Assembly (NCBI GenBank): GCA_965219095.1
Contig: OZ244719.1
Span: 610,142 to 674,141, forward strand
Reading direction: 5' to 3'
DNA length: 64,000 nucleotides
Source of the DNA: Bdellovibrionales bacterium
GTDB lineage: Bacteria; Bdellovibrionota; Bdellovibrionia; Bdellovibrionales; UBA1609
Below the pieces are notes generated by a model. That model searched no databases. It was not told the origin of the DNA and was given only the letters and a program-made list of their open reading frames with translations. Within the stretch, counting starts at the first letter, position 1, and each line of letters opens with the position of its first letter. The position numbers were made by a program, and so were the translations under genes. Below, piece after piece: positions 28,702 to 37,678 of this stretch.

Positions 28702-29604
28702 CTAGCTCTTATGAGCCTGCCTTTTTTTTAAAGAGATTTTTTTATCATTTAAGAACTTCTCAATTCTTATGTTGACAAAATCAGGAAAGTCCAGTTGACA
28801 GCAGTGTGAACCGTACGGAATTAGGGTAAGCTCACTTTCAGGAATGTAACGTTTCATTTCAGTTTGATGGTGTGTGGGAGTTACTAGGTCCTTCTGCCCT
28901 CCTATTATGAGAGTAGGGACTTGAATCTCTCCTAACCAATGGGAGCCATCATAGTTCATTAAAGATTTGAGAAGACGAATTAAAGTTTCTAGTTCTATGG
29001 TGCTTAATGTTTTAGTGTAAATCTCTATATCTTTAAAATGGGTTAAATTCAGATTAAAGCCACCTGCTAAACCAAAAATAATACATAAAAGAGGGTTTTC
29101 ATCAGTCATTTTACGCCATATATAAGAGCTTGTACGAGGCAAAAGTTGATAAAGATGTTCTGCAGATGAGAACAGTTTATGAGCCAAACCATTAAACATA
29201 TCTTGTATTGGATTTTTTACAAAACTGTTAAGAAAGACAATAGAGGAGAACTTTTCAGAAAAGTGCCTATAGGCTTCAATAATGATTTGTCCTCCAAAGC
29301 TATGGGATAAAAAACAAGCTGTCTCAATCTCAAGAGTCTGAAGTAAGCACTCAAGATCTTTGGTCAAAGATTCTATATTAAGGTTGTCTTTGTTATAAGG
29401 GGTTCCAGAAAGGCAATGGCCTCTATAGTAAAAAGAAACAGCTTGATAACTTTTAGAAAAATGTTCAATTTGATGATGCCAGTGATTTATGGGGCAAGCC
29501 ACTCCTGGTAAAAAGATAAGGGGACTTCCTTCTCCAAGAACTTCGTAGTGAATTTTTGTTTTATCAAAACTTTCAAAAGATCCTACTTTTTTTTTAACTT
29601 TCAT
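28702..29604 (-). CDS. Alpha/beta hydrolase
   Basis: YRGHCLS, SHSFGG nucleophile elbow, PTLIIGGQKD, GSH. Confidence 0.9.
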   Translation of the reverse strand: MKVKKKVGSFESFDKTKIHYEVLGEGSPLIFLPGVACPINHWHHQIEHFSKSYQAVSFYYRGHCLSGTPYNKDNLNIESLTKDLECLLQTLEIETACFLSHSFGGQIIIEAYRHFSEKFSSIVFLNSFVKNPIQDMFNGLAHKLFSSAEHLYQLLPRTSSYIWRKMTDENPLLCIIFGLAGGFNLNLTHFKDIEIYTKTLSTIELETLIRLLKSLMNYDGSHWLGEIQVPTLIIGGQKDLVTPTHHQTEMKRYIPESELTLIPYGSHCCQLDFPDFVNIRIEKFLNDKKISLKKRQAHKS

Positions 29605-30268
29605 TTTCAAATTTAACCGTAATTGTTGTTCTTCCAATTCTGATGGCATCTTGAGAGCTAAGAATTTTTTCTCTCAAAGCCTTTTTATTAATAGACACCA
29701 CTTCAGGCACTTGTGTCTTGTATATCACATTTTTCTTGGATGTGATAAGCCTAAAACATTCATCAGGAGCTTGTGGATCGAGGATGGTTAGATCAAAGCT
29801 AGCTTTTCCTATGGAGCGAGGAACGTAGCCTACAAACCACCTCTCCCCTTTCTGCAAGCCTTCTGAGAAATACAAATACAAAGGAGGAGTAAGAGGGTGA
29901 AGCACTTGAGGCTTATTTTTAATTTGAGAGGACTTGAGAGCTTTCCTAAGAAAGTTATAGACAACAGTCCTCCAATTAATCCCTCTTCGTTTTACATCAA
30001 AACCAACATCTCCTATTTGAAATTTTTTCCCAGGACTTAGAGTTAATGTTTTGACTTTTTTACCTTTGTGCAGAATACCATTAGAAGAACCTAGATCAAT
30101 GAGCTTGAAACGACCTTTTTGTTTTTCTACTTTGGCATGAAGCCCTGAAATTTTAGGGTCTTGTATAAGAAAGTTAGCTTTTGTACTTCGTCCAATGACA
30201 AGACCCTCGAAGAGGACTTGGATTCTTGCGTTTTCTCCTGGCTTTTTAACTCTTAAGTACAATTTCAT
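29594..30268 (-). CDS. FHA-domain protein
   Basis: IGRS...ISGLHA...DLGSSNG; second degenerate FHA domain. Confidence 0.85.
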   Translation of the reverse strand: MKLYLRVKKPGENARIQVLFEGLVIGRSTKANFLIQDPKISGLHAKVEKQKGRFKLIDLGSSNGILHKGKKVKTLTLSPGKKFQIGDVGFDVKRRGINWRTVVYNFLRKALKSSQIKNKPQVLHPLTPPLYLYFSEGLQKGERWFVGYVPRSIGKASFDLTILDPQAPDECFRLITSKKNVIYKTQVPEVVSINKKALREKILSSQDAIRIGRTTITVKFENES

Positions 30269-30383
30269 AGCTTTTTAAAGTATAGACGAGCTTGTAAAAC
30301 TTGTCTTGCTTGATTTTCTATGTTAGATGATTTAAGTAAACCTTAGCCCTTTTTATAGAGCTTTTTAACCGAAAGGAGTTTGT

Positions 30384-30851
30384 ATGCTAACACAAAAAGT
30401 CACACCAGTCCGCTTGTACGAGGGGGTTTATCTTCTCAAACCCGCCGCCTCTGAAGAAAAACAAAAAGATGTCTTTAAGAAGCTCAAGTCAGCTTTAAAG
30501 GACTTTAGGGGTACTTTTTATAAAATAGATACTTGGGGAACACGCTCCCTAGCCCAACCTGTAGATCAGTTCCAACAAGCTGTTTATTTTCATGCTTGGT
30601 TTCAAAGCGAACCACAAGGAATTTATGAGTTAGAAAGATTAGCCCGCCTTAATCCCTTTGTTTTAAGGTTTTACCATACAAGACTTAACGACTCAAAAAG
30701 TCTTTCAGAACATGAAGAGTTTTTTAAAGACGTAATTTTAAAACAAGCACAACTTTTTTTAGAAAAAAAACAACAAGTCCAGCAAGAACAAACTTCATCC
30801 ACAACAAAAGCTACAAGAAAAGATAAAGATAAAGATAAAGATAAAGTCTAA
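30384..30851 (+). CDS. rpsF: 30S ribosomal protein S6
   Basis: RLYEGVYLLKP, IDTWGTRSLA.P, ELER..RLN..VLR; upstream of DUF2232-rplI. Confidence 0.85.
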   Translation: MLTQKVTPVRLYEGVYLLKPAASEEKQKDVFKKLKSALKDFRGTFYKIDTWGTRSLAQPVDQFQQAVYFHAWFQSEPQGIYELERLARLNPFVLRFYHTRLNDSKSLSEHEEFFKDVILKQAQLFLEKKQQVQQEQTSSTTKATRKDKDKDKDKV

Positions 30852-30865
30852 TTTTTTTTTCTGAT

Positions 30866-31798
30866 TTGCAACCAATGAAACTCCCACAAAACCAAAAAAC
30901 AGATAAAACCATTCTCATCTGCACATCCTTAGCTTTTATCTTAAGTTTTTTAGCTCTAGAAGCTTTTCCTCTTACCATTTTATGGGTTTATGCTTCAGCT
31001 TTTGCTTACTTTCTAAGTGTCACTATGATCTCCATAGCCTTATTTTTTCTCAAATCCTATCTTAATTTGGTTTTGTTTTTAGGCCTATCCTGCGGGATAG
31101 TTGGTTTTTCATATTTTTTAAACCAAAAATATAACCTTATCATAAGCCTTTGGCTTTCAGTAGGTTTAGCTTTTTTTGCCATGGGAGGTTGTTTTTATGT
31201 TTTTTCTTTACTCAATGCTTCAGACCTTATCTTAGAACAACTTGAAACCTTAAAAAATAAGGCCTTCTCTATAAAAGCTTTAAGCTCTTTAACTGATCAA
31301 AACAAAGAACTTCTTTCACAACAAATCCCCTCTTCTTTATTGATTTTTTTAGGCTCTTTTTTATTTTTATCAAGAGTGTTTTTAACAAATTTGAAGGGTC
31401 TCATAAAAAAATCAACGCAGAGTGGCGATATGTCTTTGGGAGACTCTTGGCAGGATTCTTTAAAAATTCCTTTTTTCTTTATTTGGCTTTTCGCTCTCTC
31501 CCTTATAGGAACCTTTTTTATGGAGACTTTCGAAAGCTTTCACAAAATTTGTATAAATACCCTTAATCTTATTCTTTTTACCTACTTCCTTCAAGGCTTT
31601 GCTATTTTAAAAAAGTATTTCCAAACGTTTCAAATTGGTGTAAATTGGAGGCTCCTTAGTTATGTGGCTGTTTTCACTTTTGGTTTGTTTTTACCTTTAA
31701 GCTTTATAGGCCTTGTAGAAGAGTGGGTGCCTTTTCGACAAAAATTAAATAATAGGAAGAAAAACCACAAAAAAAGAAAAAACAAGGAGTTATTATGA
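30866..31798 (+). CDS. DUF2232 (YybS-like) membrane protein
   Basis: Multi-TM, YFLQGFAI, GLVEEWVPFR; conserved position before rplI. Confidence 0.8.
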   Translation: MQPMKLPQNQKTDKTILICTSLAFILSFLALEAFPLTILWVYASAFAYFLSVTMISIALFFLKSYLNLVLFLGLSCGIVGFSYFLNQKYNLIISLWLSVGLAFFAMGGCFYVFSLLNASDLILEQLETLKNKAFSIKALSSLTDQNKELLSQQIPSSLLIFLGSFLFLSRVFLTNLKGLIKKSTQSGDMSLGDSWQDSLKIPFFFIWLFALSLIGTFFMETFESFHKICINTLNLILFTYFLQGFAILKKYFQTFQIGVNWRLLSYVAVFTFGLFLPLSFIGLVEEWVPFRQKLNNRKKNHKKRKNKELL

Positions 31799-32358
31799 AA
31801 GTGTTTTTAAAAGAAAATGTAAAAGACTTAGGAAAAGCAGGAGACTTAGTCTATGTAAAAGAAGGCTTTGCTCGCAATTTTCTTTTTCCTAAAAATTTAG
31901 CCTGTATGGCTACAGAAAAAAAGCTAAAAAAGTGGAAGCATCTAGAAAAAATGGCTGAAATCAAAAGAAAAAAGAATGAATCTTTGCTTAAGAAAACTCT
32001 TGAGGATCTATCCAAAATAAAACTTAACTTTCATAAAGCTACAACAGCTTCAGGGGATAAACTCTTTGGATCTGTAACGGCTGTGGATATTGCAAAAGAA
32101 CTTCAAAAACAAAACTTTGAAGTCAACCGCCGAGATGTAAAAACAGAGCCCTTAAAAACTTTAGGCGAACACAAAATTCCTATTAGTTTTTCAAAGGACA
32201 TGAGCGTAGACATCACACTTATCATTGAAAAGAAGGTTGAAAAAAAAGAAGAATCATCAAAAAACTCTTCAGATTCTAAGCCTTCTTCAGATTCTAAGCC
32301 TTCTTCAGATTCTAAGCCTTCTTCAGATTCTAAGCCTTCTTCAGATTCTAAGCTGTGA
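31795..32358 (+). CDS. rplI: 50S ribosomal protein L9 with repetitive C-terminal tail
   Basis: MKVFLKENVKDLGKAGD.V.VKEGFARNFLFP, KLFGSVT. Confidence 0.97.
   Translation: MKVFLKENVKDLGKAGDLVYVKEGFARNFLFPKNLACMATEKKLKKWKHLEKMAEIKRKKNESLLKKTLEDLSKIKLNFHKATTASGDKLFGSVTAVDIAKELQKQNFEVNRRDVKTEPLKTLGEHKIPISFSKDMSVDITLIIEKKVEKKEESSKNSSDSKPSSDSKPSSDSKPSSDSKPSSDSKL
32266..32353 (+). repeat. 18-bp VNTR x about 5 (SSDSKP) in rplI
   Basis: Unit tcttcagattctaagcct. Confidence 0.95.
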
Positions 32359-32359
32359 T

Positions 32360-32595
32360 AGTTGCAACTTAAATCACTTAAACTCATAAACCTTTTTTTC
32401 TCCATCCTCTTTGTTAGTAAAACAAGACCACTACCATCATAGAACAGACCTTTTAATCTCCTTCTATTAAAACCTAGAAATAGATAAAGATCTCCCAAGT
32501 TGATCTCACCTTTCATCTCACTTCTCACCAAATAACTCAACCTCTCAAAACTCCATCGCATATCTATCTTTTGAGAGCAGACAAAAATACGAAAG
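32360..32595 (-). pseudogene. IS66 accessory TnpB fragment
   Basis: IDMRWSFERL...GDLYLFLGFNRRRLKGLFYDGSGLVLLTKRMEK. Confidence 0.8.
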
Positions 32596-33172
32596 ATGAA
32601 TCAAGCTTGTAAATTAATTTGAACCTATAAATTAAATTGTGTAACTGATTTTTTCATTTTAAATTTTACCCTCACTTTTTCACACTTATTTTAACCCATC
32701 AATCGATTCACACAACAAATAGATATACATGAAATAAACATATCTTATGAAAACTCAACCTTCCCTCAAAAGAACCTCCGGGAACCCACAGATTCTTTTG
32801 AGGAGGCAAAATTTTAAATTGGAACATAAAAATGTTGAATTAATTTCTGTAATTGGTATTACATTTAATGAGCTTCATGAACTCACCTCATGTCTTTATT
32901 TTTTTTTTAGCTTTAACGAGTTCATCTTGGATGTAATCAACTAAAATCATACGAAGTTCTTCTAACTCAAGATTTTCAGGATTTTTATGGGTGGATTTTT
33001 TAACGAACTTTGAAACATCCTCAAACCAATTGTCTTCTTTGGATTCGCACAATTTTTTAAGTTGAGCGAAAGGCCGATTTTTATAACTCACAGGGTTATT
33101 ATAGTTAGAAGAAAAAAACAAACTCAACGGATTAATGAGAAACTGGTCTTAAGACTTTAAAAAACTGCAAGA

Positions 33173-34612
33173 TCAGTCAGCAAAGTTTTTTGTTTGAGAC
33201 AAGTCAGGCATTCTCTCAAGACCATGGTCTGAAGAAGGAGGACTATCTATATATGGTCTTGAATCAGGGCCTCCTATAGGAGGAGGAGACTCTTGTCCTA
33301 CGTAATTACTGAACAGGCCATACTCAGGATTCCACTTGAGCTTAACCATCCCTGTAGGCCCATTTCTTTGTTTGTTCACAATCAACTCTGCAATACCTTT
33401 GTGTTCAGAGTGACGGTTATAGTATTCATCTCGGTAAAGCATCATAATCAAGTCAGCATCTTGTTCAATAGATCCTGATTCTCTTAAGTCTGATAACTGG
33501 GGTCTTTGATCACTTCTGTTTTCTACAGCACGATTTAACTGTGCAAGAGCAATTACAGGAACCTTCAACTCTTTCGACAAAGCCTTAAGTTGTCGTGAAA
33601 TCTCTGAAACCTCCCTCTCCCTACTTTCTACTTTTTTATTAAGGATCATCAGCTGCAGATAATCAATCACTATCATATCTAAGCCGTTCTTAGATTTAAG
33701 CTTACGACACTTTGAGCGAATTTCTGCAGGGCTTATAGGAGTTGTATCGTCAATAAAAAGTTTTGCCTCACTTAAAACAGAGGCTTTTTTCATAAGAATA
33801 TCCCAGGACTTATCCGCTAAGTTTCCCACCCTTAAGTGACTTAAGGGAATACGAGTCATTTGGGAGAGCATTCTAATAGCCATTTGCTCTTTACTCATCT
33901 CTACAGAGAAAAAAGCTACACTTTGTTTGTTCTCTAAAAGAGCATGTAAGGTGAAATTGACTAAAAAAGCTGTTTTCCCCATAGAAGGTCTTGCCGCCAC
34001 TATAATCATCTCACTTTCTTTGAATCCTGCTGTCATGTAATCAAGCTCATTAAAACCCGAAGCAATACCAATGACATCTCCCTTTTGTCCACTTAAACGA
34101 TGAAGAGAGTCCATACTTAACTCCATCAGCTGACTAGCAGAGGTCATGTCCTGCAATTTTTTTTCTCCACTAATAGAGAAAATTTCCGCTTCAGTATCAT
34201 TAAGAAAATCAAAAACATCTTCAAAATCTTGTTTATAAGCACGTTCTATGATTTTTTCACTTATGTGAATAACATTTCTTATCACCTTTTTTTCGCTGAC
34301 AATTTTAGCATGATAAACAATGTTGGCTGCTGAGGGAGTTTTATCTAAGAGCTCGGTTAAATAAGTCTGTCCTCCTATTTGTTCTAAAAAACCTTTCTCT
34401 TGAAGAAGGTTAATGGTTGTCACCAAGTCTGTGGCTTCATTTTTATCTTTTAAGAAGCATAGAATTTCATAAATTTTTTGATGACTTGGTTTATAAAAGC
34501 TACTAGGCGTAAGAAGAGAGTTCACCTCATCCCAAGCTTCTGTCTCTAGAAGAAGACCTCCTAAAACAGCTTGCTCAGCCTCTAAGCTATGAGGGGGAAG
34601 TTTACCTATCAA
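33173..34612 (-). CDS. dnaB: Replicative DNA helicase
   Basis: PPHSLEAEQAVLG, ARPSMGKT, IDYLQL, DLRESGSIEQDAD, KQRNGP. Confidence 0.98.
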   Translation of the reverse strand: MIGKLPPHSLEAEQAVLGGLLLETEAWDEVNSLLTPSSFYKPSHQKIYEILCFLKDKNEATDLVTTINLLQEKGFLEQIGGQTYLTELLDKTPSAANIVYHAKIVSEKKVIRNVIHISEKIIERAYKQDFEDVFDFLNDTEAEIFSISGEKKLQDMTSASQLMELSMDSLHRLSGQKGDVIGIASGFNELDYMTAGFKESEMIIVAARPSMGKTAFLVNFTLHALLENKQSVAFFSVEMSKEQMAIRMLSQMTRIPLSHLRVGNLADKSWDILMKKASVLSEAKLFIDDTTPISPAEIRSKCRKLKSKNGLDMIVIDYLQLMILNKKVESREREVSEISRQLKALSKELKVPVIALAQLNRAVENRSDQRPQLSDLRESGSIEQDADLIMMLYRDEYYNRHSEHKGIAELIVNKQRNGPTGMVKLKWNPEYGLFSNYVGQESPPPIGGPDSRPYIDSPPSSDHGLERMPDLSQTKNFAD

Positions 34613-34614
34613 GT

Positions 34615-34926
34615 TTACAAACCTCCTTTTTTACTTTTTTTACTGCTAATCTTGAACTGATCCATTTTCCTTTTTAAAGTGTTGCGACTAATGCCTAAAG
34701 CTTTTGAAGCTTTTGTTTGATTGCTTCCGTGAGCTTTTAAAACTCTCATCAAAAGAGTCTTTTCAACAGGCCCTAAGATGTTTTCATAAAGTCCAGATAT
34801 GGGAACTTGGTTTTTTTTGCTTTCAGATAAAAAAACATCTAACTTGCTTTCTACAAGCTTCTCAAGGCTTACATTTTTAAGATTCGCTACAAAAAGATGT
34901 TCTGAATTGTGAATGTCTAGACCCAT
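34615..34926 (-). CDS. fis: Fis-family nucleoid protein
   Basis: LYE.IL..VEK.L...NQTKASKALGISRNTLKRK. Confidence 0.85.
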   Translation of the reverse strand: MGLDIHNSEHLFVANLKNVSLEKLVESKLDVFLSESKKNQVPISGLYENILGPVEKTLLMRVLKAHGSNQTKASKALGISRNTLKRKMDQFKISSKKSKKGGL

Positions 34927-35153
34927 TTTTCCTCCTTAGTTTTGTGTCTCATATGTATTTGTAAAATTCCTCACACAAAAAGCTATATAAAAAAACTCAA
35001 AAAGACAAATCTTTTTTTTATAACGTCACATAACAACAGAAAGAAAGTCCCTTTGAAAGTAAAAGGCTTTTGAGATCAGAAAAGATGCTCTTACAGACTA
35101 AAGTCAACCCCTCTTACTTTAAAAAGAAATTTTTATTAAAATAAAAATAAGAG

Positions 35154-37493
35154 ATGCCTAAAAGTATAAAAAAGGACTTGCTTTTTATTTTTTGGACCAG
35201 TGCTTGTGCATTTCTGTTTCTATCTCTATTGAGCTTTAGCCCTTATGACCCCTCTTTTAATTCTATAGGACAAGAATTTACAAAAATCAAAAACTTTTGT
35301 GGCTTGTTAGGATCTTTTCTCTCCGACACACTTTATCAATTCTTCGGCATAGGAGCTTGGTTGGTGCTTATTCTTTTTTTGCGTTGCGCATGGAGGAGTT
35401 TTAACCAAGAAAAAGTCATTAAAAATAACCTCCTGCCCTCTTTTTTCATTATAAATACCTGTAGCTTGTTAAACCTTTACGGACCGCAAATCTATTTGTT
35501 TGAAAAACAAATTCCTTTAGGAGGAGTTTTGGGAGCTTTTGTTGTAAAACATTTGATACCTCTTGTAAGTTTTTACGGACTTTCTATTATGCTGTGGGCT
35601 ATTTTTATAGCTCTTATAACTTTCTATACAAAAATTTCTATTTTCCAATGGATTTTTGCAACGAAAGCCTTAACCTCTCTCAAAGAGGCTTTTAAAACTT
35701 GCTTTAAAATCCTTATCTTTTTTTGGTTTTTACTTTTTGAAAAAACTCTTAGTTTTTTCAAAACTAGTTTTCACAAATTAAAATCTATGAAACCTAGAAG
35801 AAAGAAAGTAGGAGAGATTTTAGAAGTTAATTTTTCACAAAATCAAGAAGCCCTACATCTAAAAGAAAAAAATAAACAAGAAGTGAATACAACAGAAATG
35901 AACACAGAGTTTTTGAAAGAAGAAAACCCTCAGTCAGAAAAAAATCTTCGTTTTTCTCTTTCTAAAAAAGAAACCTATCATCTTAAATCCTCTTTTCAAA
36001 AAGAACAAAAAGCCCACCTCTCATCATGGCTTCTACCTCCTCTTTCTCTTCTAGAAGCCCCATCTTCTCTGAAAAAGCCCATCCATCAAAAAAATATAGA
36101 AAAAAAAGCTCAACTCTTAAAACACAAACTCTCTCAATTCAAAGTGGAAGGGAAAATCACGGCTGTTAAGTCAGGCCCTGCTATCACACTGTTTGAGTTC
36201 AAGCCTAATTCTGATGTGAAAATCAGCCGTATTACCGAGTTAGCTGATGATCTTTGTTTGGCTTTAAGTTGTGAATCAGTAAGGATTTTAGCTCCCATTC
36301 CAGGAAGAGACGTAGTGGGTATCGAAACTTCTAACGATTGCAGACAAACTGTGGGACTAAGAGAGTGTATTGAACAAGATCTTTTTTGGTCAAACGAAGT
36401 AAAGCTTCCTCTTTGTTTAGGAAAACGGGCCGAAGGAACTCCTACGATTGTAGATTTATCTAAAATCCCCCACACTCTTATAGCAGGAACAACAGGATCT
36501 GGAAAGTCTGTCTTTGTAGTTAGCTGTTTGATAAGCCTCATCTACAAACACTCACCAAAAACTTTAAAACTTATTTTAATTGATCCTAAGCAAGTGGATC
36601 TAAGTGTGTTCCAAAAGCTCCCCCATCTTTTGATGCCCGTTCTTAAAACTCCTAAAAAAGCCATTACAGCTTTAAAGTGGGCCGTTGATGAAATGAATCG
36701 ACGCTATCGATCCATGGCAACGTTCGAAATGCGTGATTTAGAGAGTTTTAATAAAAAAGTAAAATCTTTATCTCCTTCTGAAAGACAAAAACATAACAAG
36801 ATCAATGAAGAGCTAAGCTCTAAAGAAAAGTATTACTTTGAACCACAGCCTTTGATTGTCATTTTAGTAGAGGAGTTCGGAGATTTAATGGCTGTAGATA
36901 AGGGTCAAGTAGAACCTTTAGTGGTAAGACTAGCTCAAATGGCTAGAGCCTGTAGCATCCACCTTATTTTAGCTATGCAAAGTCCCAGAAAAGATGTTGT
37001 AACAGGGCTTATTAAGACAAACATTCCAGGACGTATTAGTTTTAAAGTGGCAAGTAGCCTAGACTCGAGAGTGATCTTAGATGAAGGGGGAGCGGAAAGA
37101 CTTCTTGCAAGAGGAGATATGCTTTATATGGCACCTAGTGTGAATCGCCCTCAAAGACATCACGGAGCTTGGGTTTCAGAAGAAGAGTTATCAGGAGTTT
37201 TAAAACATTGGTTCACTCAAGGAGAGCCTGAGTTTGTGGAAAGCTTTCCTAGTTTTCAAAAAAAATCCTCAGAAGCTTCTTATAGCTCTCAAGGGCTTTG
37301 TCTTGAAGATGATGACAAGTGTGAAGAGCTGATGGCCTTACTTGCCACAGAAAAATACATCAGTGCGTCTTTAATACAAAGACGTCTTTCTTTAGGCTAC
37401 CCTAGAGCTGCAAGACTTGTTGAACTCTTAGAAGAAAAAGGACTCATAGGACCCTCTCATGGAAGTAAGCCTCGCAAAGTGTTGAATCATTAA
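35154..37493 (+). CDS. ftsK: DNA translocase FtsK
   Basis: N-terminal 4TM, AGTTGSGKS, LIDPK, GAERLL.RGDML, gamma domain SLIQRRLSLGYPRAAR. Confidence 0.97.
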   Translation: MPKSIKKDLLFIFWTSACAFLFLSLLSFSPYDPSFNSIGQEFTKIKNFCGLLGSFLSDTLYQFFGIGAWLVLILFLRCAWRSFNQEKVIKNNLLPSFFIINTCSLLNLYGPQIYLFEKQIPLGGVLGAFVVKHLIPLVSFYGLSIMLWAIFIALITFYTKISIFQWIFATKALTSLKEAFKTCFKILIFFWFLLFEKTLSFFKTSFHKLKSMKPRRKKVGEILEVNFSQNQEALHLKEKNKQEVNTTEMNTEFLKEENPQSEKNLRFSLSKKETYHLKSSFQKEQKAHLSSWLLPPLSLLEAPSSLKKPIHQKNIEKKAQLLKHKLSQFKVEGKITAVKSGPAITLFEFKPNSDVKISRITELADDLCLALSCESVRILAPIPGRDVVGIETSNDCRQTVGLRECIEQDLFWSNEVKLPLCLGKRAEGTPTIVDLSKIPHTLIAGTTGSGKSVFVVSCLISLIYKHSPKTLKLILIDPKQVDLSVFQKLPHLLMPVLKTPKKAITALKWAVDEMNRRYRSMATFEMRDLESFNKKVKSLSPSERQKHNKINEELSSKEKYYFEPQPLIVILVEEFGDLMAVDKGQVEPLVVRLAQMARACSIHLILAMQSPRKDVVTGLIKTNIPGRISFKVASSLDSRVILDEGGAERLLARGDMLYMAPSVNRPQRHHGAWVSEEELSGVLKHWFTQGEPEFVESFPSFQKKSSEASYSSQGLCLEDDDKCEELMALLATEKYISASLIQRRLSLGYPRAARLVELLEEKGLIGPSHGSKPRKVLNH

Positions 37494-37508
37494 AAAAGTG
37501 TTAGAGAT

Positions 37509-37667
37509 ATGAAACATACTTTATGTCAAAAAGATTTAAAAAAGATTGTTTGTTTTTTTATAGTAAGCTCTTTTATGGTTTCTTTGTTTTTTCTCTTAGG
37601 TTGTGGTGTGAAAGGAGATCCTAAACCACCCCTTTTATACCCTAACAAAAAAGAATCTGGAGAATAG
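37509..37667 (+). CDS. Small lipoprotein (LppL/LptM-like), 52 aa
   Basis: Manual translation ...SLFFLLG-CGVKGDPKPPLLYP; lipobox plus CG.KG.P motif; below the ORF-track cutoff. Confidence 0.7.
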   Translation: MKHTLCQKDLKKIVCFFIVSSFMVSLFFLLGCGVKGDPKPPLLYPNKKESGE

Positions 37668-37678
37668 TACAGTGTAAC

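Noticed and set aside
32103..32358. (LESEEG)n C-terminal extension of IS66 TnpB
   Set aside because: It is the antisense of the rplI VNTR; tnpB is truncated.
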